From Promethearchaeota archaeon (lineage in GTDB: Archaea; Asgardarchaeota; Lokiarchaeia; Sigyniarchaeales; SOKP01), in assembly GCA_048938025.1 (NCBI GenBank), contig JBHLMP010000004.1, forward strand, positions 1 through 64,000: a stretch of 64,000 nucleotides of DNA, in the 5' to 3' direction. The notes beneath the pieces were generated by a model, which made no database searches, had not been told where the DNA came from, and saw only the letters and a list, made by a program, of their open reading frames with translations. The position numbers and the translations under genes were made by a program. Below, one piece after another: positions 1 to 10,956 of this stretch (its first letter is position 1; each line of letters starts with the position of its first letter).

Positions 1-667
1 AGAATAATTTTCGCCAGATTTCTTTAGGGATAAATTCTCTATTTTTATATCCAACATCATCTGCAACAATGAATAATCTTGCTCCAACGGATTGTAAAAG
101 TGAGATTAAATCTTTAACATAGGTAAAAAAGAAAGTTGAGACTTTTTCAACAAGTTTATAATCGGATTTTAAGCATTTAGCGAAAAAGCTAAACCCCATT
201 GACTGCCAAGTTTTTTCGAATAAGCCAGGTAAAGATAATACAAAATCAAGCTTTGCTTCATTTTTTTGTAAGAAATTTTTTAATATTTTTATTTTATCTT
301 TGGAAGGTAACTTCAAATTTATCCAATGTTCAATCGTTTGTTCATCTTTAAACATTCCAGTCCAGGTATACCAATTATTTTTATAAATACGTCCCCAACC
401 ATCTACTCTTAGTTGATTCGATAACTTGTATTCTCCTTTTCCTCGCCTAAAATCCCATAAAGAAATAGCATCAAATCCCATTTGCCTTATAAGATTATAA
501 TTTCTTCCATTTAGAATAAAATTTTCATTGAAGTTCAGTTTATGCTTATAGATTTCCATGTAATTTTCTATGAATTGAGATTCTGGATATCCTGTACAAT
601 ATAAAGGGATTTTTCTAGTTTTTTCCCTTGATAATACTCTTGTAAAAACACCCTTTTTTACTGTCAT
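1..667 (-). CDS. Uroporphyrinogen decarboxylase / MtaA-CmuA family protein (3'-truncated by window edge)
   Basis: Manual translation from ATG at 667: MTVKKGVFTRVLSREK...VDGWGRIY...LPGLFEKTWQSMGF...FIVADDVGYKNREFIPKEIWRKLF; DxWG and DDxG motifs typical of URO-D-like proteins; not in the ORF track. Confidence 0.7.
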   Translation of the reverse strand, partial: MTVKKGVFTRVLSREKTRKIPLYCTGYPESQFIENYMEIYKHKLNFNENFILNGRNYNLIRQMGFDAISLWDFRRGKGEYKLSNQLRVDGWGRIYKNNWYTWTGMFKDEQTIEHWINLKLPSKDKIKILKNFLQKNEAKLDFVLSLPGLFEKTWQSMGFSFFAKCLKSDYKLVEKVSTFFFTYVKDLISLLQSVGARLFIVADDVGYKNREFIPKEIWRKLF

Positions 668-784
668 AAAATTGTTATTATTATATTTTTCTTCCTTATA
701 TATATCCTTTCATCGTAAATCAAAGAATAATTATGTGATTGTTACTTATTTCAATAATTAATATCATATTTTAGCCTATTAATT

Positions 785-1930
785 ATGGATTATTGGACTG
801 TAATTGATGCATTATATAATACAACATTGTCTCTCTCTTTTTTTATACTAACATTTATAATGCTTTATATCGGACGTACAGGTTTAAAATCAAAAAATCG
901 GTATGGTGGAATTTCTACTATAATTTGTGGAATTTTGTTCTTAATTTTTGGATATGTCAATTCAACTGCGAGATTTTTTCCCTATCCATATGATGGATTT
1001 ATGGTTTGGTGGATTTGGATAAATTTGGTTGTCAGTATAGTTTTTGCATTATTAATTAAAAAACAAAAACAGAAATTACAAGCAGAAAGTATAGATGTAG
1101 GATCAAAGAGTAAAAAAACAATATTACAAAGATATGTTGAAAGGATGACAAAAGAAAATCCTTATAGAGAGGATATAACATTTAAACACGAGGTAATAAG
1201 AAAGGGTTTCCATTTAATGGGATTTCTTCTGGTTTTAGCATATTTTGGATTTTTCTTTCTGTATCCAGTCACTCTTATTGTAAGTGATAGTGTAATATTC
1301 TTAATTAATCACATTGAAGCTTCTTATGAATTTGTATGGGGACCTATTTCCCTTTTTTCCCATAGTCCAGGGGAATTCCAAGCGATTGTTGATCTTACTA
1401 TGATGGCTTTAATTGGATCTCTTATGTTTGCTTTAATATCGGATCTGATTAGAATTCTTTGGGGTCCAGAGTATTCACTTTTTAATTTTCTTACAAGATC
1501 TATGTTAAGAAATAAGGAGAAAAATGCAGCAGGACCACAGATTTATATAATTACAGGATTTACTTTTTCATATATGCTTTATATGGCGAATTTAATTCAT
1601 ATAGCAGCGGTATTTTCGGGAATACTTATTGCATGTTTATCGGATGCCGCAGCGGCATTAATTGGAAGACGATATGGAAAACATAAAATTAAAGTAAGAA
1701 GTAAAGATACTAAATCTGTTGAAGGCTTTCTTGCGGGTACTATTGTCGCATATATCATCGGATTTGTTCTTGTAGGACCAATTTATGCTTTAATCGGGGC
1801 ATTTATTTTCTTTTTAACAGATTATTTTCCAAAATATACGGCTGATAATATTTTGAATCCAATTGCAATCCCCATTGGAATCCAGTTATTTATTGTTCTA
1901 TTAGGATTACCAGTTGGATGGTTTTTTTAA
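785..1930 (+). CDS. Dolichol/phytol kinase (SEC59/DGK1/VTE5-like) membrane protein
   Basis: Multi-TM; RKGFH, SDAAAALIGRRYG, KSVEG and DNI motifs. Confidence 0.8.
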   Translation: MDYWTVIDALYNTTLSLSFFILTFIMLYIGRTGLKSKNRYGGISTIICGILFLIFGYVNSTARFFPYPYDGFMVWWIWINLVVSIVFALLIKKQKQKLQAESIDVGSKSKKTILQRYVERMTKENPYREDITFKHEVIRKGFHLMGFLLVLAYFGFFFLYPVTLIVSDSVIFLINHIEASYEFVWGPISLFSHSPGEFQAIVDLTMMALIGSLMFALISDLIRILWGPEYSLFNFLTRSMLRNKEKNAAGPQIYIITGFTFSYMLYMANLIHIAAVFSGILIACLSDAAAALIGRRYGKHKIKVRSKDTKSVEGFLAGTIVAYIIGFVLVGPIYALIGAFIFFLTDYFPKYTADNILNPIAIPIGIQLFIVLLGLPVGWFF

Positions 1931-1968
1931 ATATATATAAAAACTAAAGTGATTTAAGAAATATTCTT

Positions 1969-2814
1969 ATGAGAAAATTAATAGATGATTTAGAAAATAT
2001 CAAATTAGCAATTTTTGACTTAGATGGTGTAATATATCGGGGAGAAACCCTAATAGCGAGTGCTGATAAAGTTATACAAGATTTAAAGGATCTTTCAATA
2101 AAAGTTGTATATAATTCTAACAATTCTACCGCAACTAGGCAGATGTATGTTGATAGGTTAAAAAAATTTGGTATATTAACCGAAATAGTTGAGATTTATA
2201 CTAGTGCTTCAATATGTGCTTCTGAAATCACTAAAATAAAGAGAAATGCAAATATATTTGTAATTGGAGAAAAAGGACTGAGAAAAGAATTGAGGTTGAA
2301 GGGTCATAAGGTTATTGAAGATCCTTCCAATTATAATGATATTGATTTTGTAATAGTAGGACTTTGCCGTAATCTGACTTATAAAGACATAGCTATAGCC
2401 CAAAAGTGTATCTTAGAAGGGAATGCTCAATTTTATGCAACAAATACGGATCCCACCTTACCTGCTTCTAAAGGACTTTTACCAGGAGCAGGAGTTATGG
2501 TTAAAGCTATTGAAACCTGCACCACTAGAAAACCTATAAAGATCTTTGGAAAGCCCTCACCACTTGGTATTAATCTAATTCTAGAAGATACAACAATACC
2601 TCCGAAAAAAGTAGCTATATTTGGAGATCGTATAGAAACTGACATATTAGCAGGTAATCGTGCAGGTATTACAACAATTGCAGTTTTAACGGGAGTTACT
2701 ACAAAAGATATGATAAATGATGTAAAAAATAAAGCTAAAAATTTAGTAGATTTTGATGATGATTTAATTCCAAATTTAGTGATTAATTCATTAGATGAGA
2801 TATTTAAAAAATAA
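1969..2814 (+). CDS. HAD-IIA (NagD-like) phosphatase
   Basis: FDLDGVIY, SNNST, ATNTD, GKP, GDRIETDI motifs. Confidence 0.9.
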   Translation: MRKLIDDLENIKLAIFDLDGVIYRGETLIASADKVIQDLKDLSIKVVYNSNNSTATRQMYVDRLKKFGILTEIVEIYTSASICASEITKIKRNANIFVIGEKGLRKELRLKGHKVIEDPSNYNDIDFVIVGLCRNLTYKDIAIAQKCILEGNAQFYATNTDPTLPASKGLLPGAGVMVKAIETCTTRKPIKIFGKPSPLGINLILEDTTIPPKKVAIFGDRIETDILAGNRAGITTIAVLTGVTTKDMINDVKNKAKNLVDFDDDLIPNLVINSLDEIFKK

Positions 2815-2819
2815 TCTAC

Positions 2820-3353
2820 TTAAATCAACCCTGATCTTCTCATCATTAATCGACAAATTTCAATGAAAATATCGTCTATATTTTCACCGTTTTTTGCTGA
2901 ACATTCAACAAACCCATATAGATTTTTTTTTTTTGCTAATTCGAAAGCATCATTGCTAGATACTGCTCGTTTATACTGGAGATCTAATTTCCCGCCTACC
3001 ATTATAATGGGTATTTGCCGTTCCTTACCTGTATAAGTTCTTTTAAAAATATTTAACCAATCATCAAAATTTTTTAAGCTAGAATATCTGGTTATATCAT
3101 ACATAAAAATTCCTCCTGAAGCTCCAATAATATAACTAGGAAGGAGGAATCTAAATCTATCTTCACCAGCAAAATCCCATATTTGTAATGATACATTCAA
3201 TCCATCAATCTCTAATTTCTTTACATGAAAATCAACACCAATTGTCATTGTTGAATCACCTTTAAAAACACCAGTCATGTATCGATTTACTAATGTAGTC
3301 TTCCCTACGCCCCCATCGCCAAAAATGCATACTTTAAACATCGCATCAGCCAT
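2820..3353 (-). CDS. Rab-like small GTPase (eukaryotic signature protein)
   Basis: GDGGVGKT, TIGVDF, WDFAGEDRF, GKLD, ECSAK; no C-terminal prenylation Cys. Confidence 0.92.
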   Translation of the reverse strand: MADAMFKVCIFGDGGVGKTTLVNRYMTGVFKGDSTMTIGVDFHVKKLEIDGLNVSLQIWDFAGEDRFRFLLPSYIIGASGGIFMYDITRYSSLKNFDDWLNIFKRTYTGKERQIPIIMVGGKLDLQYKRAVSSNDAFELAKKKNLYGFVECSAKNGENIDDIFIEICRLMMRRSGLI

Positions 3354-3593
3354 TTTGTCACTCCTAAGATCAATATTGATAAAATTAGTTCGGCAAAATT
3401 TTTTTATACTAAGGGTTAAATCTAAATGATATAAGCTTAGGTATTTTATCCAATTAATATTTTTAATTTTGTAATTTTAATAAATTTAATTCTTAAAAGT
3501 ATTTAGTATTAGAAAAAGTTAAAAATAGCTTCAAAGTCATATTAAACTTTTTATTAAAAGTCACTTAAAATATTACTCAAAATTTGTTGGTTT

Positions 3594-4991
3594 TCATTTC
3601 TTATATGATTCTGAATAATTTTTAAGAAAATAATAATTTGAGAGCCTTGTATTAATAATTGAATCAAATTGTATAAATTCATTTGGAGAATGGGCAAAAC
3701 CTCCTATTCCTAAACCACCAGTTATGAAATTAAGGCCCAATTCTTTATTGATCACACTTAAAGGAGCAGCAGCAGCACTTATAGGCCAGACTTCAGTATT
3801 AAATTCTTTAAAACTTTCAATTAGACTCTTTACTAAAATTGATTCTTCTTTTACTCTTGAACCATCGTACCCAATATTTTTTATCAATTTGATTTGACAC
3901 TTTGATTTTGTGGCAAATAATTCAACTTTTTCTTTAATTTCTTTATAAATTTCATCAACAGAAACTTTATGTGCGAATCTGATATCTATATTACATGATG
4001 CTTGATTAGGGACCATATTTTTTATACCCTTTTCTAAATATCCAGATTTTAATGTAGAAATATTAAATGTTGGTTTAAAAAGATAATTAATAAAAGCTTT
4101 TTTGGGATCTTCTTCAATAGCTTGTACTATTCCCGCTTTATGTTTAATTTTTTCGAGGTCTAATTGTTTTATTAAATTTTCTATAAGGGATTTCTCATTG
4201 CTTGTAATATTATATGGTTCTTTAAGAGAATCAATATGAAATTCATTTTTTGAATATATACTATTAATTAGAGAGATTAATTCAATGGGGGGGTTAACAA
4301 TCATAGAACTAAATGCAGAATGGGGCTCTTTATTTTTCGATTTGACTTCAATTGTTAGTGATAGAATTCCTTTATATCCCAATTTCAGAACTGAAATGCC
4401 ATTTACATCTTGTTTTGTTGAAGGGTAATAAGCATCAATACAATTCTCAAATATCTTTCTGTTAGTTTTAATCAATTTTAGGAGTGAAGGCGAACCAATC
4501 TCTTCTTCACCATCAAAAAGCAATACTAATGATATGGGTAATTGATTATTTTCTTTCAATATTTTTATTATATTTAAAAAACATAATAAAGGAGTTTTTG
4601 AATTATATGCCCCTCTCGCTATAATACAATCTCCTAATATATCTAGTGGCGGAGGAAATCTATGGATTTTCGCGCCAAAGGGTTCACTAATCCATTCTTT
4701 TTCTTGATTGACAGGTTGAGTATCGTACATCATGTATATTAATAAAGGACTTTTTATCTGTCCCTCTACTTTAGCTAAGATTAAAGGGTTAACTTCTCCT
4801 TCAATTTCTTTTATCTCTTTACAAAATCCTGAAGTATAAGAAATAATATACTCTTTTGCTAGATTAATTCCTTCCTTATTGAGTGTATTACTTGGAATTC
4901 TTAAAAAAGGAAGTAATTCATTCTCAAGAAATTCCCTATTAGATTTTATTACTATATTCTTAATATTATTATTTGATTTCACAATACTCAC
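3594..4991 (-). CDS. M20/M25/M40 family metallo-hydrolase
   Basis: YDTQP, ARGAYNSK, GEEEIGS, dimerisation domain, AHSPNE. Confidence 0.85.
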   Translation of the reverse strand: MSIVKSNNNIKNIVIKSNREFLENELLPFLRIPSNTLNKEGINLAKEYIISYTSGFCKEIKEIEGEVNPLILAKVEGQIKSPLLIYMMYDTQPVNQEKEWISEPFGAKIHRFPPPLDILGDCIIARGAYNSKTPLLCFLNIIKILKENNQLPISLVLLFDGEEEIGSPSLLKLIKTNRKIFENCIDAYYPSTKQDVNGISVLKLGYKGILSLTIEVKSKNKEPHSAFSSMIVNPPIELISLINSIYSKNEFHIDSLKEPYNITSNEKSLIENLIKQLDLEKIKHKAGIVQAIEEDPKKAFINYLFKPTFNISTLKSGYLEKGIKNMVPNQASCNIDIRFAHKVSVDEIYKEIKEKVELFATKSKCQIKLIKNIGYDGSRVKEESILVKSLIESFKEFNTEVWPISAAAAPLSVINKELGLNFITGGLGIGGFAHSPNEFIQFDSIINTRLSNYYFLKNYSESYKK

Positions 4992-5061
4992 ATATATTAC
5001 AATAGTTAAATATTTTTAATTATTTGTCCTAATATAATTCAAATATTAAGTTTATAGTTTA

Positions 5062-5451
5062 ATGAGTAAAATGAATCACTCTAATTTACAAAAAATAGAT
5101 CAATTAACCTTAGTATTAGATGAAATGAGACAGATAGGAAAATTAGAAGGTATATTGTTTACCTATCGCGATGGAGGTCTTATTGTAGAAAATATTAGTA
5201 AAGATATTGATGGAAAAGAATTTGCTTCCATGTGTGCTTCTGTATTAGAAAGTGCTGAAGAGCTAGGTAGAACTATAGATGATAGAAATATCAAAAAAAT
5301 CATAACAGAGATAGACAAAAAATCAATCTTGATTTTTAAATGTGATGATAAAACATTTCTAACACTTATAATCAATGATGAATCAAAAATTGGATTAATT
5401 TTAGACCAATTAGTAACTTATATTCAACGGATATTAGACGAATTTTATTGA
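5062..5451 (+). CDS. Roadblock/LC7 domain protein
   Basis: 129 aa; GILFTYRDGGLIVENI...FASMCASVLESAEELG pattern. Confidence 0.85.
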   Translation: MSKMNHSNLQKIDQLTLVLDEMRQIGKLEGILFTYRDGGLIVENISKDIDGKEFASMCASVLESAEELGRTIDDRNIKKIITEIDKKSILIFKCDDKTFLTLIINDESKIGLILDQLVTYIQRILDEFY

Positions 5452-5454
5452 TAA

Positions 5455-5988
5455 TTAAATCTTAGAGAAATTATAGATTTTTTCTTTCTTCCCAACTAGT
5501 TTAAATAAATCTTGTGTCGTTATTGTATTAATTATCTCATTTTCATTCATATGGTGATCATCAAAAGAGAGTCTTGAATTTAGCTTTAAGATACGATGAA
5601 ATTCTTTTAATATACATTCTTTATCTTCAATATTATGTAAAACATCAAAACATATAATAACGTCTATAGAATTATCATCTAGCCCAGTTTTACAATCTGT
5701 TTCAATAGTTATTATATTTTCTAACCCCTTTTTCATTGCTTTTCTATTTACTTTTTTAATCGCAAAAGGGTGTATATCTGCAGCAAATATTTTGCCACTT
5801 GGACCTACAATCTCTGCTGCTGCAAACGAGTAACTTCCTGGTCCACATCCATAATCTAGGACAAAATTTCCTGATTTTACCTCTGCTTTATCTATTTTTT
5901 TTATAGGTGATTTAAAAAAATCACGAATTTTGAAGAAAAATGACATAAATCGAAAATCTAAATTTGATTGACTCTTTTTATGGCACAT
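5455..5988 (-). CDS. Class I SAM-dependent methyltransferase
   Basis: VLDYGCGPG motif I; DVIICFDVLH; EFHRILK. Confidence 0.88.
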   Translation of the reverse strand: MCHKKSQSNLDFRFMSFFFKIRDFFKSPIKKIDKAEVKSGNFVLDYGCGPGSYSFAAAEIVGPSGKIFAADIHPFAIKKVNRKAMKKGLENIITIETDCKTGLDDNSIDVIICFDVLHNIEDKECILKEFHRILKLNSRLSFDDHHMNENEIINTITTQDLFKLVGKKEKIYNFSKI

Positions 5989-6204
5989 TTTAATCTTACC
6001 TAGTTTTACTTCTTTTTATAGATATGGTATTAAAGATTAAAAAATCTTAGCTTTCTTTAGATTTGTAAAATCCCATTTGAATTGATAAGTCTTGTCGATG
6101 AACAATAATTAATTTTTTAAAATTAAATCTTATAACCATTTGTTTTAATTACATCAAGATACCAGCAAGCACTTCTTTTCCATTTTCGTCCTTGAGTTTC
6201 ATAA

Positions 6205-7206
6205 TTAATCTTCATCTGGTATATATTGTATAAATAAACAATATTCATCACCTTTCATAAGAGTTTTTGGTTGTTTAAATCGTACTTTTGGATCCCATGC
6301 TGGACGATCCCACCATGCAAAATCTGTTCGGCAATGAATTTGATATCCAATTTCAGGAAAACCAAACTCTTTCCAAATTTCTGCATATCGACAACGTGTT
6401 ATTTTCATTTTAAAACGATTTTTTGTTGTTTCTACTGTTTCTGTATCTTGTAAACCATAAGCCTCATTAACTTCCCATTCTTGTTCATTTACTAATTCTT
6501 CCCATTTAGCCACATCTCTTAAATCTTGAGGATTTAGATTAAATCGTTTAAATAATTCAAGATCTTCTTTTCTTCTTTCTTCCCTGGTTTCTTCTGCCAT
6601 TTTAAGAACTGCATTGAAATATATTTCCCACATTCCATCTCCATATTTATTGTAGAGTTTTGGTAATACACGAGCTAAACCTTCAATTTTTCCTTTTAAA
6701 TGGATTTCATTTTGAGTAATTTTCATTTTCCGTTCATAGTTCACAATATAATTACACACAAAATCCCACTTACCATTGAATTCTTCTAATATAATGCTCA
6801 AACATCCCAATTCCAAATGTAATTCATTATCATCCCATCGATCACCTATCCCCGCAATAAAATTATATTTCTTATTTATTTTTTTTATTATTTTAAGTCG
6901 GTCTTTTTGAGTTTCTCCTAAATACACATCTCCTTTTGGAAATCCTTCTTTCTCTAACCATTCTTTCGTATAGTCGATTGTGAATTTCGGTCTTGCTCCA
7001 ATATAAACAATCTCGTATCTATTCGATAATTTATTTAAGCAATTTGCGCTATTAGGTACAGCTTTATCTTTGATTATTGCTTCACGTTTATTAAACTCTA
7101 GTGTCTTTATTCCAAAATGATGTCTTTGCCTTGTATCACAAATGGTACCATCTATAAATACTAAAATTGATTTCATTAGATCTATATTTTTTAACTTTTT
7201 AATCAA
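6205..7206 (-). CDS. HAD-like domain fused to L-2-amino-thiazoline-4-carboxylate hydrolase-like domain
   Basis: N-term FIDGTICDT...IGDRWDD; C-term ITRCRYAEIW...IHCRTD...KTLMKGDEYCLF. Confidence 0.7.
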   Translation of the reverse strand: MIKKLKNIDLMKSILVFIDGTICDTRQRHHFGIKTLEFNKREAIIKDKAVPNSANCLNKLSNRYEIVYIGARPKFTIDYTKEWLEKEGFPKGDVYLGETQKDRLKIIKKINKKYNFIAGIGDRWDDNELHLELGCLSIILEEFNGKWDFVCNYIVNYERKMKITQNEIHLKGKIEGLARVLPKLYNKYGDGMWEIYFNAVLKMAEETREERRKEDLELFKRFNLNPQDLRDVAKWEELVNEQEWEVNEAYGLQDTETVETTKNRFKMKITRCRYAEIWKEFGFPEIGYQIHCRTDFAWWDRPAWDPKVRFKQPKTLMKGDEYCLFIQYIPDED

Positions 7207-7295
7207 TTTTTCTATTTATCAAAATTCCTATTTATAAGAAGAATAAAAAACTATGAAAAGATTAATATGCCTAATAAAATAGAATTTGTATAAGC

Positions 7296-8756
7296 ATGTC
7301 ATATAAGGAAAAAATTATCAGGCAACTAAGTAAAGGTTATTTGCCTTTAGGAGTGAGCCCAAAAGAAGATTTAAACACCATTTTTAATAAAATTTTTAAG
7401 CCATTAACTGATAAGAAAGATTTAGACTTATTTTTCGAGCTTTCTGAAAGTAGTGAGCCACGTTTGAGAGCATGGGGCTTTCTAGGTATATATTACATTT
7501 TAAAAGATAAAAAAATCGATGATCAAGAGAAAGAAATCAAACTACACAATATAATCATTAATTTACTGAATGATAAAAGTGAGATAAAATATTTTGGGGG
7601 ATCAAGTGAAATTCAAACATCACTAAGAGAGCACCATATAAGAAGACTGTGTGAATTAGATTCCTCGCTTATATTTAAGCCAGTGTATGAATATATTCAA
7701 TCTTTTGAAGGAAAAACTGATGAGGTTATTGGTGAATTATTGGAAAATGTATTAGCCCGTGTTGAAGATCCTCAAGTCATCCCCTTAATTCTAAAACATG
7801 CTAAAAGCATGAATCAAGAAGAATTTAACCTTAAAACTCATATCATTAGGGCTTTTGAGAATTTAGGTCAAAATACAATATTCAAAGAAAAAGCGTCAAT
7901 CACTGATTTATTTAGAGAATATTTAGAAGATAATGAAAAATATAAAGCTAAAATGATAAATGAAAGTGAAATTCCTAAGATTAAAAAGCTTGAAGAAGAT
8001 ATTTTAAAAACCGCTGCTGTTCTAAAACTTGGCCTTGAAGAAGAAACTTTAGAATTTTTAACTAAATTAACCAATCCCTTTAAGGATCTGCCACAAATTG
8101 CCGAAGCATATAAAAATAATGAAAAGTTTAGGTCACTCATTTTAAGTAAGTTAGAAGAAACTGAAAATCCCCATTTAATAAAAGATATACTTATGGCTAT
8201 AATAACAATGAAAGAAAACGTTCAAAATTGGAAGAATCTCATTATAGAGTATCTAAATAAATTTCAACTTGTTGATAATGATTTAATACAAGAATTACAA
8301 AAGGTAGACCTCTTTAGTGAAGACATGTTAATAAATTCCATAAATAATGGTGAAAATTGGCAACTTGATTTTATTCGAGAATTTCTCATAAGTAATCCCG
8401 AAAAGTTAAATATATGGACAAAATTTCAGAATAAGTTTATTGAGATATTAAAGTTCTTTAAAACTACTGAAGAAAGTTGGGAGAATTATCCAAATATGAA
8501 AGAAAAAAAGGAACTGGTATTAAAGCTCATTATAGACTTAGAAAGGGAAGATATGATTAAATATTGCTTAAACAACGTGAAAAATTTAGAAGATGATAAA
8601 TTACGAGAAATTGGTCTTTTCGCCATTATTAAACTTGGAAATGAAGAAATAATGTTCGAGTTAAAAGGATTGATGAAAGATGATAAAGACCTAGCTGCGT
8701 TCTTTAAAAAATTCTGGAGATATTTAGAAAGACGCGAATTTAAATTCTATTATTGA
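7296..8756 (+). CDS. Hypothetical alpha-helical (HEAT/ARM-like) protein
   Basis: 486-aa ORF, helical Leu/Glu/Lys-rich, EPRLRAWGFLG HEAT-like segment. Confidence 0.55.
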   Translation: MSYKEKIIRQLSKGYLPLGVSPKEDLNTIFNKIFKPLTDKKDLDLFFELSESSEPRLRAWGFLGIYYILKDKKIDDQEKEIKLHNIIINLLNDKSEIKYFGGSSEIQTSLREHHIRRLCELDSSLIFKPVYEYIQSFEGKTDEVIGELLENVLARVEDPQVIPLILKHAKSMNQEEFNLKTHIIRAFENLGQNTIFKEKASITDLFREYLEDNEKYKAKMINESEIPKIKKLEEDILKTAAVLKLGLEEETLEFLTKLTNPFKDLPQIAEAYKNNEKFRSLILSKLEETENPHLIKDILMAIITMKENVQNWKNLIIEYLNKFQLVDNDLIQELQKVDLFSEDMLINSINNGENWQLDFIREFLISNPEKLNIWTKFQNKFIEILKFFKTTEESWENYPNMKEKKELVLKLIIDLEREDMIKYCLNNVKNLEDDKLREIGLFAIIKLGNEEIMFELKGLMKDDKDLAAFFKKFWRYLERREFKFYY

Positions 8757-8871
8757 AATCTTCTCAATAATTACTATATTCTTTTCTAACATGAAAAATA
8801 AAAATATTAATTTGATTATACAACTTTAAAAATGAAATATAAAATAGTTAAGAAATTATAAAGATAAAATG

Positions 8872-9669
8872 TTATGTTAAGAATTCAAATAATACATTTA
8901 AAAATAAATCTGGTTCATGAGGGAAAATAGCATGGGCACTCTGTTCAAATAATACTAATTTTGATCCAAGAATCAACTCTGCTAATATCTCACCATTTTT
9001 TGCTGGAACAAGAATATCTTTTTTACCTTGCATAATTAGGGTTGGAATATGCATTTTTTTTAGTCTCCTACAAGTATTAAAGGTTAACATTCCTTTTACT
9101 TGTCTTGCATAACTGTTGAATGGAATACGACATTTGAGAATTTTTTGAATTTTAGCTTTTATATATTTAGGATTGTTTTTAATAAAATCTTGAGTAAATG
9201 CTAATGGAATAGTAGATTTTGCCATTCGTTCCGGAGTTAAATCTTCAATCGCACCTATAAATAATTTATATGCGGACAGATCTGGAGGAATTGTCTTTCT
9301 TCCCCCGCAAGCTGTTCCCCAAAGAATCAGTTTTTCAACCTTTTGGGGATAATTTAAGGCTACTTCCTGAGCAATCATTCCTCCCATCGAAAAACCTAGT
9401 ATGTGAGCACAGTCAATATTTAACGCATCCATTAATCCTGCCGTATCATCTGCCATCATTTTGATAGAATATTCTCCCTCAGGTATATCAGTCTGCCCTG
9501 CTCCTCTATTATCTAATAATAGAACTTTAAATTGTTTTGAAAGCTCATCGATTAATTCATTATCCCAAATTTTGAGGCAAAAAGACAATCCTGTTATCAT
9601 TACAATGGGAAATCCATCTCCATGAACTTCATAATTAATATTTATATCATTAACCTTTACTTTTGGCAA
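8872..9669 (-). CDS. Alpha/beta fold hydrolase
   Basis: DNRGAG, GFSMGG nucleophile elbow, GKKD, SAH; TTG start. Confidence 0.9.
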   Translation of the reverse strand: MPKVKVNDININYEVHGDGFPIVMITGLSFCLKIWDNELIDELSKQFKVLLLDNRGAGQTDIPEGEYSIKMMADDTAGLMDALNIDCAHILGFSMGGMIAQEVALNYPQKVEKLILWGTACGGRKTIPPDLSAYKLFIGAIEDLTPERMAKSTIPLAFTQDFIKNNPKYIKAKIQKILKCRIPFNSYARQVKGMLTFNTCRRLKKMHIPTLIMQGKKDILVPAKNGEILAELILGSKLVLFEQSAHAIFPHEPDLFLNVLFEFLT

Positions 9670-9686
9670 ATTTAACCGACTCTAGA

Positions 9687-9840
9687 ATTTATTTGGATTT
9701 ACTTTTTATGTAGATTTTATTTAAAATTAAACTATGAAACGTTATAAATTATTATATATCAAAAAATATTAAAAAGGATTTTTTATTATTGAGAATTACA
9801 TTTTAAGAAACTTAACTGAAATCTTTATACAAATATTAAA
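9687..9840. repeat. ~150-bp intergenic direct repeat, copy 1
   Basis: atttatttgga...gtagattttatttaaaattaaa.tatgaaacg.tataaattattatatatcaaaaaatattaaa...aaatattaaa recurs at 10412-10550. Confidence 0.85.
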
Positions 9841-9914
9841 TATTAAAAAATTATGATGAGGTAAGTAAAATTACAAATGAATTTCTTCGTAAATATCGAT
9901 ATTTAATTTTCCTT

Positions 9915-10202
9915 TTGGTCTATATTATAGTTTCTGTTTTATTGGCATTTTTCTATGTCGGAGCAATTTCTCAAAATATAGGGAAAAATTATTGGCATGT
10001 TTTTAAGGGAACATATTTAATAACTTTATTTTTAGTCATCATAGGTAGCGCCGCACTTTTATTTGCTACAGCTGTAGTTTCGCATCAAGACATTTTTGAG
10101 GGGAAGGGCGGTTTCTTAGCATTAGTTATCGTATATATCATAGCAGTTGCTATTTTGGGACCAGCGATCTATTTCGGACTTCTAAATTTTGAGGGTTTTT
10201 AG
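9915..10202 (+). CDS. Small 3-TM membrane protein (true start possibly ATT at 9870)
   Basis: Three hydrophobic segments; frame is open upstream to GAGGT-N7-ATT. Confidence 0.6.
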   Translation: MVYIIVSVLLAFFYVGAISQNIGKNYWHVFKGTYLITLFLVIIGSAALLFATAVVSHQDIFEGKGGFLALVIVYIIAVAILGPAIYFGLLNFEGF

Positions 10203-10411
10203 GAACACAAGATTTTATAATATATTTGAGATCAAAATAAACATAGGAGTTCAAAAACAAAGAAAGAGATCCAAACTAAGTTTGAACTTTATCTTAATCA
10301 TATCTCATATAGTTGAATATTCAAATTCTTATAGTTAGAGAGTTTTGAAATTTCCCATTCTCCTAAAAACTTAGTCCTAATAGGTTTAAATACTCAAGTA
10401 ACTTTTATTGT

Positions 10412-10550
10412 ATTTATTTGGACTTATTTTTTACGTAGATTTTATTTAAAATTAAATTATGAAACGCTATAAATTATTATATATCAAAAAATATTAAATA
10501 CCTTTTAGCATTTTTAGAAACTTGGCTGAAATCATTACTTAAATATTAAA
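10412..10550. repeat. ~140-bp intergenic direct repeat, copy 2
   Basis: Near-identical to 9687-9840 apart from a short internal indel. Confidence 0.85.
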
Positions 10551-10626
10551 ATGGAAAAAAAATTTGATAAAAAACTAAGATTTAAATTATTTATTTACTC
10601 AAATACTTCTGAAAAGAGGGAAAATA

Positions 10627-10956
10627 ATGGAACAAAAAAGCTATCTGATTGAAGATATAGTCTATGATCAACTAATCCACGATTTTGAGGAATTTTTTAC
10701 CCCAAATTTTAAATTTTCTAATAAACAAGATACTACTACAGTCTTAATTATAGAAAAATATTATTTCAGAATAAATTCAAATTTAACAATCACCTTAATT
10801 TTTAATAGAAATAATAACTATTCTGTTGAAGTACACATAATTACATCAGGTGGAAAACTAGGTCTGCTTGGACTAACTTGGGGTTCGGAAAAATCAGCTT
10901 TAAATAAAATTATTAATTTTTTCGAGAACTATGATCCATTAAAATGGAGGATTTAA
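10627..10956 (+). CDS. DUF6054-like small protein
   Basis: EKYYFRINSNLTITL...ITSGG...WGSEKS pattern; GAGGG SD upstream. Confidence 0.6.
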   Translation: MEQKSYLIEDIVYDQLIHDFEEFFTPNFKFSNKQDTTTVLIIEKYYFRINSNLTITLIFNRNNNYSVEVHIITSGGKLGLLGLTWGSEKSALNKIINFFENYDPLKWRI

